DNA of 64,000 bases from Epiperipatus broadwayi (GCA_028023455.1 JAQFVV010000006.1:62001-126000); one strand, 5' to 3'. Positions 1 through 14,600 are shown, counted from the stretch's first letter. The notes: generated by a model not told the origin, from the sequence alone. Translations and numbers: made by a program.

Positions 1-279
1 AACATGTCATTGAAAATTGGTTACGTTTTCGACATAAATTCAAAAATCTATCCAATTGGAAATAGGATATTGAAAATGGAAACAGATGATTCATTTTTGC
101 AAATAAAGCTCTAGAACAAATACTATTGTAGGCATCATTAAAACATCATGACCTCCACCTATACATAACTTTTCAGTAGCAAATCTATTTCTCTTACTCT
201 AATTCTGCCACTTTGTGCAATCTTCACTAATTAATAAATGCCAAATGGTGGTGCTTTTTAAATTGTTATGCAATATGTT

Positions 280-725
280 AGATTCGGATCTAAAGCTCTT
301 AACTGATGAAAGCCACAAGCCAGAAATTAATCTCGGGATATGAGATAGCAAGAAAAGGTTTTCTATACAAAAGTAAGGTGTGGAGAGGTCACATGATGTT
401 TTGCTGGTGTTATAACAATCCTGGCCAAGGATTATGATTGAATACAGTTATTAATAACTAAGAGCAGCACAATATATAGATCCTGAACTCGTATCAGAAT
501 TATATAACTATCCAAGCAATTTATCTTCAATTCAAAACATTAGAACATTTTTCAATTTTAGGCTAGTATATTAAATATTTTTTTTAAAAAAAGTAAAAGA
601 TGATCACTAGAGAGAAGGTGCATTTGATCCAAGAATGTTCAATGTATTAAATCTCGATCCAAAATTAATCACCGATGAAAGCTAGTGAAATTAGAAACTA
701 GTCTAGAGATATGGATAGGGAATTA
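280..725 (+). repeat. Two degenerate HH1-related hammerhead-like units in tandem (cores at 303 and 672)
   Basis: CTGATGAaagccacaagccaGAAAttaatc and CCGATGAaagc...GAAActagtc, each followed by a gatatg.atag flank. Confidence 0.6.
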
Positions 726-1614
726 TTAAACACTACCATATGATATGTATTAATTACTCAAGCTTACAAAAATAGAAGTAGAAGAAAAATTGATTTTCTA
801 CTTAATACTACAGATATTAACGTAGACATGTGATAATTTGAAGATGAATTGTAAGTAAAAACAAAAAATTCCAGCAATTTGGATAAATAATAGGAAGACA
901 TGAACTGTATTGAGAGGATCAAACACTACCAAGAATATTTATTGCAACATTATATGCTGAGTGTAGGAGATTAATATGTTGAAAATATAAATATATATGT
1001 TAGTAACATATATATATATATGATTTTTAATATTAACTGAAATCTATATTTGAGGTATGAACTGATACAGAATAATTGGCTATCAACTGCGTATTTATTA
1101 AAAGATAGTAATTGTCTGCAAATACAATGCTCGTAAATCAAGGTAGTATGTACATACACACCCACGAGGATATAAATACCCCAAAATAATCACCATTATA
1201 ATTTAAAACTATAAATAATAATAAAAAATTACAAATACATATTTAATATATTACAACTGTTTATTAAATTATGTACAATATTTTCCTTCTTTTTTTTAAA
1301 ACATCATTCATATATTACAGTCTCATATTTTACAAATCGCCATTATAATACATATATAATACACTAATTATCTGTGAAACAAATGTGTACAGACTATTTA
1401 GGAACTGGACACAGGCACTTAGGACAAATTACATGCAAATTTATTCAAAAATATTAAAAAAAAAATATAAGAATGATATACTATTTTTTAACCTCGACAT
1501 TTTTTGAGCATGGGTATAGTACTGGCAATATATATATATGCGTGTGTATACATAATACTGTGGGTGCAATTTGTAATGTTATAATTGACTATTTATTAAT
1601 CTGCATTCAGAACA

Positions 1615-1850
1615 GGTTTTATTTACCTGTTTAAGGAGGTTTATTTAAACCTCTGACAATCAATAATTTCAATCTCTGTAGTCAAGTTACAATCTTTAGT
1701 GTCTTTATAAATATATGAGAGTCATTAATGTAGGTAGGATTCCACCTCTATTGCCAAAAGGAGGCCTTAATAACAGTTTGAAATTCTTGATTGTTATCTA
1801 TACTGGGATTGTCTAAGTGTTGACTGGTTTGTAATGGTTATATATACACA
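1615..1850 (+). mobile_element. Family HH3-related fragment
   Basis: atttacctgtttaaggaggtttatttaaac...ctaagtgttgactgg aligns with the reverse complement of 43620-43830. Confidence 0.7.
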
Positions 1851-2720
1851 CATACATAGTAATTACATATGCATAAGTGAATGCATGATATATGAGTATG
1901 GGAATACATAATTGCCTATTAACTTATTAATGATAAACATTAAGGTATTTATCTAAATTGGATGATGTGAAAGATTAAGTGTAGAAAGTTTGCCATTTGT
2001 AGATTAACTTAATCTTTGTCAACTATCAAAAATTACTAGGATAATCAAAAGCGCTCCTAAGTAGCTAAAAATTTTAATTATCTAATTACTGTATTTATAA
2101 ATATTCAATTATATAATTACATATATATGTGCATAAATTTATATATATTTTTTATTTTTTCATGAGTTTATTTCTAGTGAGGACCACTAGCATGTATAAA
2201 GCTGTAGAATATTCCTTGTCACATGAGTAATTTTAAAAATGGCAGCTTGAGAAGGTTTATATCACAATAAAAGTCAATTAGATGATATTAAGTTTTATAT
2301 CAAAGACTTGTCTATTATTTAGATTTATTTATAATTCATCGATTAAAAATATATATATATATATGAAAATGAATGCTCTCATGGGCAAAAGATGTTTTAT
2401 AAAACATGTTCCATGAACAACCATGTTTAATAACATAATATTAATGTAAATATATCGAGATGTCGACAAAATAACACTTGTCCTCAAATATATTTAAGAA
2501 AAATATTATTTTTCTTGCTAAAATTCTCCAACAATTCCCAAATTTTGATTGACCATATTCTAAAGTGCTTTCAATCATTCATTACTGAAAAAAACATGTA
2601 CACAAAAATAAAATCAGACCAATCATATTCACATATTTTTAAATATACTTAAAATATCCATGCCATCATACACTCTTGAAAGATACCTGAAAGAGATATA
2701 TTTCATATGCTAGACTGTAC

Positions 2721-3193
2721 TAGAAAATCATATAACATTACAATACTACTGAGAAAAAAATAAACAAAATTTTACTAAAATTCTTCCATTACCGTAGTTT
2801 CATTTATTAACACACAGACCTTTTCAAGTGAAATTCGACAAGATATAAAGAACATATATATTCAAAGCAAAAGGACTTTTCCATCATTCATTTCAAAAGC
2901 CAACTTAGATACAAACAACATATATATACAAAACATAATAGCCTTCCCATCATTCATTTCAAAAACTATCTGAGCATGATGGGATGGCTATTTTGTTTCG
3001 TATATATATATAGATGTTGTTTGTATCTAAGTTGGTTTTTGAAATGAATGATGGAAAAGTCATTTTGCTTTGGATATATATGTTGTTTATATCTTGTTGA
3101 ATTTCACTTGAAAAAGTCTGTTTGTTAATAAATGGAAGAATTTTAGTAACATTTTGTTTAGTGGTTAGTATTGTAAAATTATATGATTTTCTA
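2721..3193. repeat. Long imperfect palindrome (~230-bp arms, ~22-nt loop)
   Basis: 2721-2953 is the reverse complement of 2976-3193, with some indels. Confidence 0.9.
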
Positions 3194-5099
3194 TTTTGTA
3201 TATCCGTTAATATATCATACTTTTTTAAGAACTGCATTACAAAAATAGCATTACATAGAACCTTTTATATTTATCCTTAATTCTTAAACTTTAACTATTA
3301 TGTATATTACCATTTGAAGAATCATCAAATCTCGCTATTGCAGCGTAAAATTCGAGCCCCGGGGCGACTAATATTTTAGAAGCCCATCAAAATTTAAAAT
3401 AAGAATATGGGGGGGGGGGTAGAAATGAGAGTTCTTACTTACAGGGCCAAAAACAGGACTCTGGGAGCAGTTAGTTATGAGTCGCAGAAACAAGCAAACA
3501 GATCATCCAGATAGCATTTGGACAGGGTAGATTCACTCTAGCACTGTTAGTATCATAAAACACTGTAGCACAGAACTGATTGACAGAGGACTGAGACTAT
3601 TAGTTCTGCTGGTCACTGAGCACAGCAATCACTTTCATCGCAGAGTTATCAAATTGACACCGCATCCCTAAACTGGCTTACATTTTCTATTCGTGGTATG
3701 CCTGCTAGGAAAAGTTTTTCTCAAACATTTTTTTGGGGAATTTAACTGTAAAATTAATGCCACTTTACGAGTCATGACATCCCTTTGCTTTTTTCTATAT
3801 TTTTGTTTAGCATATTGAGTTGCCAAGTTGAGGCCCCTGATATTGCGAGATTTGGGCAGATGCCCCTCTTGTCCCCCACTCTGATTGGCCCTGCATGTAT
3901 TATTTTTTCAGTAATGAATGATCCCTGTGACAAGACCCACAGAATATGGTCGAAATGTTGGGAGAGTTATTACAGAATTTTACTATATAATATAATAAAA
4001 CAAATTTTATGAAGAAAAGTCATATTTTGAAGATTTAATATTTTGGAATTTTTATGTCTTTATTATTATTTAAAGAATATACGACTAAAAGCACAATTCA
4101 AATAAAGATGAGTTTTACTGCAAGCGATTAAATTTATAAATAATCCATTGCTGAACAAGGCCATGAAGACAGCTTTCCATACAGGAAAAAGAAAACATAA
4201 CTCAATGGATTTGCTAATTGTAACTGAACGGAATTTGTGTTTCTCCGCCAATGTTAAATTAGTAGCTATCTGTTTACTGCCAAATATATGCTGGCTATTT
4301 GGGTCAGATCATTTTGGAATCAGCCCATATGGACAAACCTCATATCATATCCACGGTTCATGATGCCCCTGGTATATATAATCACAGTCTAATAGAACTG
4401 AAAATAATTAGTGTTATGATAAAATCTGTAAAAATAGCATGGTAAAGTATCACAAATATTAATGCTCAAATTCTCATTTTTATCCAACAAAGAAAATTTT
4501 TTTCTGCTAGACATTAAATGTTATGAAATAACAAATTGAGACATGTACAATTTGAGAGAATAAAATCAAATATTCACAGTCATATTATAATTTCAGCATT
4601 ACTTTATTTCGTGAAACTCTTTTAATAATCTTGGGAAAGACTAAATCACTAATTAAAAGTACATGAACAAATATGTACGCTCTATCATAACTGAAAGCAA
4701 TTGTTAAATAATATGATAAAATCTTCATAAAAACAATATTGTAAAGTTTTGCAAACGTTAATGTCCAAACAGTTATTTTTAGCAATGGCTAGCAAAAGAG
4801 GTTTATTTTCGTTAGTTAAAAATAATGATTTGAGCAATCTGACGGACTTTTATCATACTGTTGTTATGGAAAATTTTATTATGTGAACTAATAATTATTT
4901 TCAATATATATATATTTACTTTAAATAATCAATCTTATTTAAAAACTTGTCCATAATGTTACCTTGTAGTATAGTATAATTTTAAACAAATATAAAATAA
5001 AAAGGGATTAAAAATTATATATATATTTAAATTTATTTGAAAAGTAATAGTTTGCGAAGCCAAAACAAAACATCAAATGTGAATAGTTATCTGAAAATA

Positions 5100-5870
5100 G
5101 CAAAGAAGAAAAATATTGCGCAGAAAACAAAACCAAATATAAAAACAATTCAAAATTCTTCATGGAATGAAACTACCAAGACCATGAAGGTCTTCTACTA
5201 ATCATGGCAAGATAGTGGCAAAGTCCAGATCTTAGTGGTCTTATTCCAGTTAAAGTTCGCTTAGCAAAATGAATGCAAGACATGCATGGAAGATAAATTG
5301 AATCATATTTCAACCTGTCATCACTATTAACAGCCACCCATAGATAAGTAATGCTGTTATTTTAGCCCCAAGAAAAAATGGAGACAAATACCCACGGGGA
5401 AAAAAAGTTCAATTTATAGGAAGGTCCTAATTTATCCATAATTTGCTGCATAATTTAATTTATGTGTAAATTGGAAAAAAAAAAACATAAATCTTTACAG
5501 CTGTGATATATTAAAACATATTTTCTAGGAGGATGATATTTACAGACTATAAATTGATGATTGGGATACACTCCATGACAACACTTTTAAATAAAAAAAA
5601 CTACGTATGAATCTAGAACCAGGGTGTACAACCTGCAAGAACAGCGAAGAAACATTTGCACAACTGGTCGAAGAATGTGAAGCATTTAAGCAAATAAGGA
5701 TAAAAGTATTCAAGACCCCAATCATTAAACTAAAAGATATAATTAACAAACACATCAAGAGATTTGATACACAACGCTATTGGTACTTATCCACACAATT
5801 AGAACAATATGGTGTAACGATATATAAATATGTCGTTACATTAATTTAAAATAAAAACTTAAAAGTTCGT
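5100..5870 (+). mobile_element. LINE ORF2 C-terminal zinc-finger remnant
   Basis: ORF 5607..5849 contains CTTCKNSEETFAQLVEEC, similar to the C..C...EET..H...EC zinc knuckle of non-LTR ORF2 proteins. Confidence 0.5.
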
Positions 5871-7869
5871 AAATAAAAGTAAAAAAACTAAATGCTAAAA
5901 TTAAAATGTTTGTTAAACGTATATATATTCGCACAGATGCTAAACTTTAAAAATATTTTTTTTAATAAATAAAAAAAAGGGTATTTGAATGTATTTTTTT
6001 TATAAAAAAAGATTTAAATATAAAAATAGTTTAAAAAAGAAATAACGTAAGTAAAAATAAAAACAGGTATTAATTAATTCCTGTAATCTGTAAATGGAAA
6101 TGATTGTTTATTAATTATCCAAAATCTGTCTAATTAAAAAGTCAGAGAGTAAGTTAGATAAGAGAAGAAAGAGATTTTAGCTTGACCAATGGAAGCAAAT
6201 AAAGGCCCGGACCATAATGAAAAAACAGAACAGTGACGTTTTTGTTCATGGAATCCATAGGAGGACTATAAAAAGAAAAAATATTGAGTTCCAGCGTTGT
6301 GTGTTCGAGAATTGTGGTAGGACGCACATACCACACTCTCTAGTTAAAAAAATTATAAAATGAAAAGACTGTGAAACAAGAATGGAACCAGCTAATGCTA
6401 CCTCCAGAACATTATCTTCTAATGGAGACGTCGTGGGAATTGCCAACGGGAACAGGGACTCTTCTACCGTAAGCAATAGAACTGAACAATTGTTAAAATC
6501 ATAATATTAATTAAGAACTTTAAAGATTGATAAGTTAATTTAAATTTTATAAAAGAACTTTTCTCTGACTTATGTGTCAGCTCAATTGAGAATGTGTAAT
6601 TTTATATATGTTTGCGTTTGATAAAAAAAATCATTTCCATTTCTTATTTATTTGTATAAATTGTTTATTGTTTAAATTTTAATTGATGAAATTTAAGGTT
6701 GGGTATAGACGTTGCATAGATTTGTTAGCGGTTGATGATGTTGTGGTTTTCACATTCGATTAGAATATATGTCAACGATATCACTGCAAGCATCTTACAA
6801 TGAATGCTAATGGGATTTGTATATTCCCTATGCAAGTGACGTTTATCGATGATTTTGTATTTTGATCGGTTGTGTTTAATTTGGAATGTTTTTGACCGTG
6901 GAATCTGTGCAGCTGATCTGTACTCAACATTTTAAAACAAATTTTATAAAATGCATTTGTGCGAACGTATCTAAATGTTAAATTTAAGTCGGGCGTGAAT
7001 GGCTATATAGATTTGTAAAGTTATATTAAGGGAGGGTAATCTTAGGTTATTTGTGTCGTTGTTGAATTGGGTCAATGGATTGGATATATTTGTGTAATTA
7101 GTAGATGTAGTATAAGTTTCGCTACGTGCAGAATCGCTGAATACACCGCACCAACCCTTTGCCTATGGATGGGATTGTAAGTCGGCAAAAAGGATCGCAG
7201 TCCCTTTCCTATGGAGTTTTTATTTTATTGTTCTTCTTGCTATACAGACATCATATCCCTGTATTGGACAAGAGTCAATGTTTTCTCTAACTACACTGTT
7301 CAGCTGTCCATTCCTGACAGTATAGTATATTTGTGCTGTTGTATTTTCATGCTACATTGAATACATAAATGTATCAGATGGATTGATGCCGGTTTGACTG
7401 CGAATTTTGGCCTAAGGTTAAATAGGGATAGAATGTTTTATTTTCAAATGCAAATCTATGTAGTTTATTCATACTTGACCATCTAAATAAAATATTAAAC
7501 TCATTGAAATTTATGTAAATGTACAATTAAAGAGTAATATAAAAAAATCTAAAAATGTTAAACCTATTCCTCAAAATTTAAATGTTATTTTATATGTGCG
7601 TAAATAAATATTTTTATGTGTTAATTTCTGGCAGTGGCTTTTATTCTTTTATATTTAAGATATAAAATTTATAGATTTTTATCTCTGCGTCTCCGCTGAG
7701 CTAGTGACTTGGGCTAACGATCGGAATATTTAAATAAAGTGGAATCTTAACAGCGCGTATCTGCCTACTTTATAAATTTTTCTAGGCTCAAATGCCTAGA
7801 TGGCGCCTTGAGAGCAGATATTGGTTTTGCGGTTAGATTCGATCTTCACTTTCATTTCGATCGTTATAA

Positions 7870-8150
7870 TGGGGAATAAGATGTTCATTAATATTCGATA
7901 ATAAAAAATATAATTGGATTAAAAAACTTGATAAAGAATGGAAAAAATACTTTGAGCAATGCTTAAAATACTTACCAAGAAAACAAATGATTAAAATCTG
8001 GGAAGGAGCAGCACCTACAGTATGCGAAATATGGCAATAAATAAGTTATGAAAAGAAGATATACAATGGACAAAGGCATAATAGCAACCAGCCAAAGATA
8101 AAATTAAGACAGACTAACAAGCAACAAAGTGTGACACCCAATTACTAACA
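7870..8150 (+). mobile_element. Possible L1/Tx1-like LINE 3' remnant
   Basis: Frame WGIRCSLIFDNKKYNWIKKLDKEWKKYF...KIWEGAAPTVCEIWQ* resembles LINE ORF2 C-termini; weak evidence. Confidence 0.3.
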
Positions 8151-8607
8151 CCCACTTATTAAGGACATATAATTTATTAAAGTAATGTATAAAAAAAAAA
8201 TTGTAAGTAACCAAAAACAAAGCAAGATTGGAAACAACAAAATCTTGTAAATATGTATATATATATATAATGTCTTTTAATAAATGTAAATACTTAAAAT
8301 AAAAAATAATGAAATATTTTTATAAATCTTACATATATATAAATATTTAAAAAAAAAACTATATATTATTTTAAAATTTATATTTCCAATATTATTTAAA
8401 TTAAACGATACCATGCAATTAACAATTCTTTAAAAAAAAAAAAAATCTTTCTTTTTTATATATTAAATAAAATTATTATTAAAATTTGAATAATATAATA
8501 ATTTTTTTTAGAAATAATACCCTACCCTCTTTTTTGTTTTAAATGGCAAGAACAAAAAATTAAATATTAACGAGTTTTCTGCTACTAAAATGTATTAAAT
8601 AGTAGCA

Positions 8608-8920
8608 AAATCTCCATACAGTAGTGACATCCAGTGCAAGCCTTAGTAATCAATGGATGTAAAATGGTTTATGCATAAAATCTGTATCCTAAGATCTAGG
8701 TGCAGTGCTCTCAGAGCCAAGGCAGTTCACAGTTGAAAGCTACAAGTTAAAATTAGTCTGGAGATATTAGATGAGTAGGCACTAGATAGGGATTTTATGC
8801 GCAAACCTTCTTGCATCCATTTATTGCTAAGGCTTGCGCTGTTTGGCACTATTGCATGGAAAGTTTGCTACTGTTTTAACAGGTTATGTAAGCATAAGAG
8901 ATGGTGATCATTTGACGTTT
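8608..8920. mobile_element. Family HH1 copy, internally deleted
   Basis: Shares both termini, the centre cctaagatctaggtgcagtgc, and the tail atggtgatcatttgacg. Confidence 0.85.
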
Positions 8921-9852
8921 TAGTAGTTTTTCACTAAAAAATATTTTTACCCTATTTACATCAATACCATTAAATTGAATTATTCAACCTATGTCTAAAA
9001 TACACTGAGAAATTCAGACTATCACATGCCAATATGATCAATACCTGAGAAAACAAAACAGAGCACTGTGTCCAATAGCTCTGCATTTTACATATGACCC
9101 AAACCAACGATCCAAAACTTCATCTCAAACTATCGACCAATCCAATTACACAGATCCGAAAATAGTTAAATTTATATATTTCAGGTGGCTCACTTATCAA
9201 CAAAATGCGACTGATAAACTTTCACTAAAAATAAAATATGCATAAAAATCACGATTGTTATCATGTCATATTTATTAAAAAAGTATGTTAGTCTTAGAAA
9301 ATACAAACTGTACATACATAAGATCGTATTCCATATTTCATATATTATACAAACATAACTAAAGACATACAAGCATATAAAAAATTAACCATCCACAATA
9401 TCGATAACAATCCAAAAAAATTAAAAATAAGTGAGTTACAATTGCACTGGATTATATGGCGGGTGGCTTTGTATATTTATTCAGTTAGCCTGTTATATGT
9501 GAATATTTTATATACATATGCTATATGCAAATGTTTAAAATATGTATGTTCATACCCATGCTCATAGAAATAAGTTGTTTGGCTAGATACCATATGATAC
9601 CGATAAGCACTACTTGAAATATGTTAAGTAAAATTAAAAACAATTTAATTTTCTTTACAAATTTTTATGTTTAAATATTGTATATCATTCTATGATTTTA
9701 ATATAAAATAATAAATACATAAAAAAAAAGTTTATATATATACATTATACTTTAGCGAGATAATTACTTGTAGAAAACTTAAAATATTTACATATATAAA
9801 GAAATGACTGCAAAATCCTCAGTTTGGATTAAAAATAAACAAAAATACACAT

Positions 9853-9974
9853 GGGTTTATTGCTTAAGAGTTCATAAGAAGTTCAAGCACCAGAACCGTG
9901 AGCGTCAGAATTGATTGACCCTACGACCTTCAAACCCGAAGTCGGGCACTTTATTAATTGCGCCAAACTGTGCA
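9853..9974 (-). mobile_element. tRNA-derived SINE (family shared with 37258-37353)
   Basis: Shared ggtttatt...gagttcataagaa.ttcaagcaccag body; the minus strand starts with an A-box-like tggcgcaattaataaagtg. Confidence 0.6.
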
Positions 9975-11164
9975 AAGAAATTTTGATTAAATAAATAAAT
10001 ATAGGTAATGATTCCTCTTGCGAATAAACTTCATTTAATAAAATTACTGATTATATATACAAATGTCATTACGATTTCACTTTTCTAATTTATATCAAAT
10101 TCTTTCACTAGATTTTTAATGGTTTGTTCATATATATGTATATATAAATAGTCAAACTTCATTATAAAGCTGTCTGGATACAAGAAATATCTTCATCACC
10201 TTGTCATCGATATGTTTTTTATTTTAACAATAGGACATTAAAAATTCCCTTTTAATTTCATTATACCATACAATTTTTTTTTTTTTTCAATTTTTTTTTA
10301 CATATATATACAATAATTATTAAGATTTTATAATACACATAATTTAATTATTAGTTTTGTTTTTTATTTTAAAAAAATTCATAACAAATAATTATCAATT
10401 AAACAGCGATTTCTGGATAATAAGCCAAAATTGATTGCGAAATGATTTTATTTATTTTGTAATTGTTCATTTTATTTTCTTCAATCAGGAATTAAAGTAA
10501 GAACATCAATTATTTGGCAATAATAAATATTGAAAGGGAGATGATTTAAACGACAATTCATCTTGTATTCATAAAATCACCGGGATTAAAGTTGAACATC
10601 CAACTTGCAGAAAAAATACTAAATTTGTGTGTGGATTCACTATGCAATTGCATTTTGAAGCTAAGTTATAATTTCTTAAAATTTAATTTATTTAAGTAAA
10701 TAATAAAAAAATCTTTAAAGAGCCAACTGCGAAGATAATAACAATAGCTGTCCAAAAAAGAATAGCGAAAAAAGACATTACCAGGCACTTCTACTTCCAG
10801 CGAATAAGGTTTTGAGTACTCTTTTCATAAATATTTTGCCTTCTGGCTAAGAATAGCTAGATATTTACTGACCAGTACCAAATGGTTAGCAAAGTTCGTT
10901 AACCACTGGCTATTACCAAGACGAATTCCAAGCTAAAAATCAAATATCATAGGAGCTGACAGATGAATTTTCTATCCCCTACATCTTAAGATTCTCTATG
11001 TGAGAATGACAAGCATAAAACCTCACAATAATTAAACAAAAATATTATTCAATACTTTTAAGTAACTGTAAAGACTAAAATGATTAAAATAATGTTCTAT
11101 AAATATTCTCGAAATAAGATAATAAAGATTCATAATCATGAATAAGAAATTAACAATTACAAAT

Positions 11165-11620
11165 AATTTGGTCAATTTATTACTATTGATGAAAACATAA
11201 TGAATGAAATTAATTACAGAATTAAGCTTGGATGAAGTTTTTTGTAGAAATAATGTGGTATTAAAAGAAAATATGCCTACATATTTGAAGCAGAAGATTT
11301 TTTAATTGATGTGCTTTGCGACTTATTTAACGATCTAAGACTTGGACAATTAACAAAATAGCAATAAAGAGGTGAAAGACAATTCAATGAAATATGAAGA
11401 GATGTATGTTAGGAGTAACAATGGGTAGTTGAAATCTTAAACTGAAACCCAGGAGAGTGTAAAAGCTAGAAAAAGACCATGTGTAAGATCGATGAATAAA
11501 ATAAAGAAGTGTGTTAATGCGAAATGGAGAAGGAATTTTATGAATTGAAAAAACTAGATTTTAACTTGATGAGATCTTCATTCTGCGACAAATTGGTAAT
11601 GCTTGAAAATGACGATAAAA
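11165..11620 (+). mobile_element. Decayed RTE LINE 3' fragment
   Basis: gaaaacataatgaatgaaattaattacagaattaagcttgg parallels the GNIMDEINHRIKLG segment of the 53 kb RTE; many stops. Confidence 0.7.
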
Positions 11621-14600
11621 ATTATTTTTCTATATAATTTTCTTTTATTATTAATCATATCATATTATTATATTACAAATATATTACTTCTTAGCTATTG
11701 GTCAATAATCTACATCAGCACTTCATAGCGTATTTTAACAGAAGAATCTTTCTCACCCTAAGAAAAATTCTGTAACCCTGATAATTTTCACTGATTATAA
11801 AAAAAATACAAAAATAATTTATTAAAAATAGATTCATAATGGAAAAGAAAACCGTAATTGAAATTGCTAATTAACATGAATAACTAACTTTTTTTCTTTC
11901 AAAATTTGATTTGTGGATAGTTGAATTCTGATATGCGGAGTAACATCCAATCTGAATTACACTTCTGTTGCAGTGTAAAGCACATACTAGGACCCTGAGT
12001 TTATATCCTTCTATCACAACTCTATTCCCATCTTATTTCAGTTATAAACGCTCAAAAAAATAGACATTTCCCCCCCTCTTAACCTGATTTAACAAAGATT
12101 GACTGGATATATAAATTTACATATATACACATAAATTTCAATTTACGAGTATTAATGAATTTTTTTAATTAAAAGAAAAAAAAAACAGGTAAATTAATTT
12201 TTTTTCTACATGTCTAATTTCGGAATCATGATTATGATTTAATTTAAAGTAGTGCAAAATATGCTCACTAGGTGTGTATAAAAATAATAATCTGAGGATT
12301 TTGCAAGAAATAAATTTAGATTAAAGTTTCACAAAAAGAAACTAGCCATATCTACAATTAAGAACAACATTTAGAAAAATAACCATCTAATAGAATGTGC
12401 ATTAGACTTATTACTTTAAAAATAAGGCTTAAAGTTATACTTTTGTGGGCATCTGGCTATTTTCTACACGAGATGATTTAGTGCAAGTTTACAACATGAT
12501 CTTAATAAAAATAAAATAAAATTTTATTTATACATGTATATTGTGTGTATATATGAAATGTATACGTATACAAACACACAATATGTAATCGTATCTAACA
12601 ATTGGAGAAATAACTCTAACTCGTACTTCAGAAATTTCTCTCTCCAAGTATTATATAATGTGTAGATATATATATAAATGCAATATGCAGCTTGATATAT
12701 ATACATACCAGTAGCAATTCTTTCAAGTTGGCACTTATAAAAATTTGACAACATTATTTTATTCACTTATACGACTTTTTATAAGTAATAATATTTTTAA
12801 AACCGAATAAAAAATATGAGCTTATTCTGTGCATTTCTATATTTTTGCACGGTAATTTTTGGTAGGTCTAAAAGAAAAGACTAAACAATACATTCCAAAT
12901 TACAATCTAGAACTTCAAATTTAACACTATTTTTTATTCTGAGTAAAAGCTTAAAACGTTAAAATATTGTTGTTTTTTTAATAATATTCACCACCCAATT
13001 ATCGGCAGGTATTACATGGCTGAAATATCAGTATAACGGTACTGTGAATCACACAAAGACAAACCCAGAAAATATGTCATTTAAAATACTGTATATACAT
13101 TTTTTTAGTAAGCAACATGAATCTAATTACATGATTTGCCAAAAATATGTACCAAACATATATAAATAGATTAATATACAAATACATACAAATGTAATAA
13201 AAGTGACTTACATGTTTGTGTATTAAAAGCAAAGTGTTTTTTGCTTTAGAAAAAATTTTAAAATAAATAATGCTTTCATAACTGATATAGATTAAATGAT
13301 AAACCCTTAGACAAGTCTATAAACAAGACTTATCATAACAGATTGGAACACTATTTAAAAATAGGTAAACAAATTGAGAGATGGTAGCCTCAATCCCAAG
13401 ACATAAAACTATTTTTCATGGTTGCTGTAATATAGAAAAAATTGATAAACCACTCTGTAGGATGCAAGTCTTTCAGGGATCGTCAAGTGCCATTGCTTCA
13501 AGCAAAGACAATTAACATAATAACGTGAATGTTTGAAATTACGATCATATCTATGAAACAGCATATTCCAACACGGTTAAACATTAATATACACACTTTA
13601 TTATCAAATCTGACGATCGGTGCCTCTTCAAGGCAGTTAACAAAAAGATTATACTTGAAATGTATACATCTTGTAAAACGATTTGTCAATTTTTTTGATG
13701 TACGATGGCAACTATAAAAATATTTGAAGTACTGTGATTGGAGTTGATATTTTATAGTAATGCCTATTGGAATATTTTTATTGACAAAAATATTTGCACA
13801 ATTTCCAAACGATAATCTGCATGATGACTTTTTTTTTTTAAAAAAAAAGATAAACATGGGAACAGTTCCCGTAGGATAGTAAAAACTGCATCACATTGTT
13901 TATTTTTATACTTATCCGACCAACTTAAATTAACTTGGAAACTTTATCCTTTATTTACCAATAGCTTGATACCCACTTACTGACCACTAATAGGTAGGCT
14001 ATCCTGAAAGAAATATTTTCACCCTATAAGTGATCTCAATAATTTTAAAGTTTCACCTGGTCTAGATTCAAACCCTAGATTATGGGATGGCAGACAGGTA
14101 TCGTTCTATTACGTCACAGTGACCATTAAGAAAATACTGGTTTGTAGTATTTTTCTAGTGTATTTTGAAACTGAACAAAAACTTTGTTATCAAAAACGTA
14201 ATAAAAACCTTATGAAAATAATAAAATAAACAACTGATATTTCAGAGTAATAATAACACATCTTCAGAGCTTATAGTTTTTAAGTTGTAAGATTTAAAAG
14301 ACCACTCATCTTTACATATTAAAAAAAAAAACAGATGTAAAATCTGAAAAAGATGTGCTCCAATCACACTTATATTATTTTGATAGAAGTACCATCACAT
14401 TCTTAGATAGAAAATTTTTGGTCAGCTCCCAAATACATTAGGAAGAAAACGATAAACCCTACTAGTCCAAATAGAAATATTAAGATTCTTGGTCGTATGC
14501 AAATATGTATATACTTGTTTTCATTTTAATAATATATATGTATTTTTTTCAGAAATTAAAAATGAATTATTGTTATTTTTGGTTAAAAAAAAAAAAAATT

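Noticed and set aside
3440-3700. Minus-strand exon-like block ending in gtaagt
   Set aside because: Stops occur in all three frames near its start and there is no partner exon; more likely a repeat remnant, though a UTR exon cannot be excluded.
13498-13857. 119-aa minus-strand ORF as a gene
   Set aside because: No recognisable motif or usable splice structure, and the composition is typical of AT-rich random ORFs.
14232-14271. Hammerhead-like CTGAAGA...GAAATATC on the minus strand
   Set aside because: Helix I and III could pair, but helix II (tgtgttattattactct) cannot form adjacent to the cores, and no second copy was seen.
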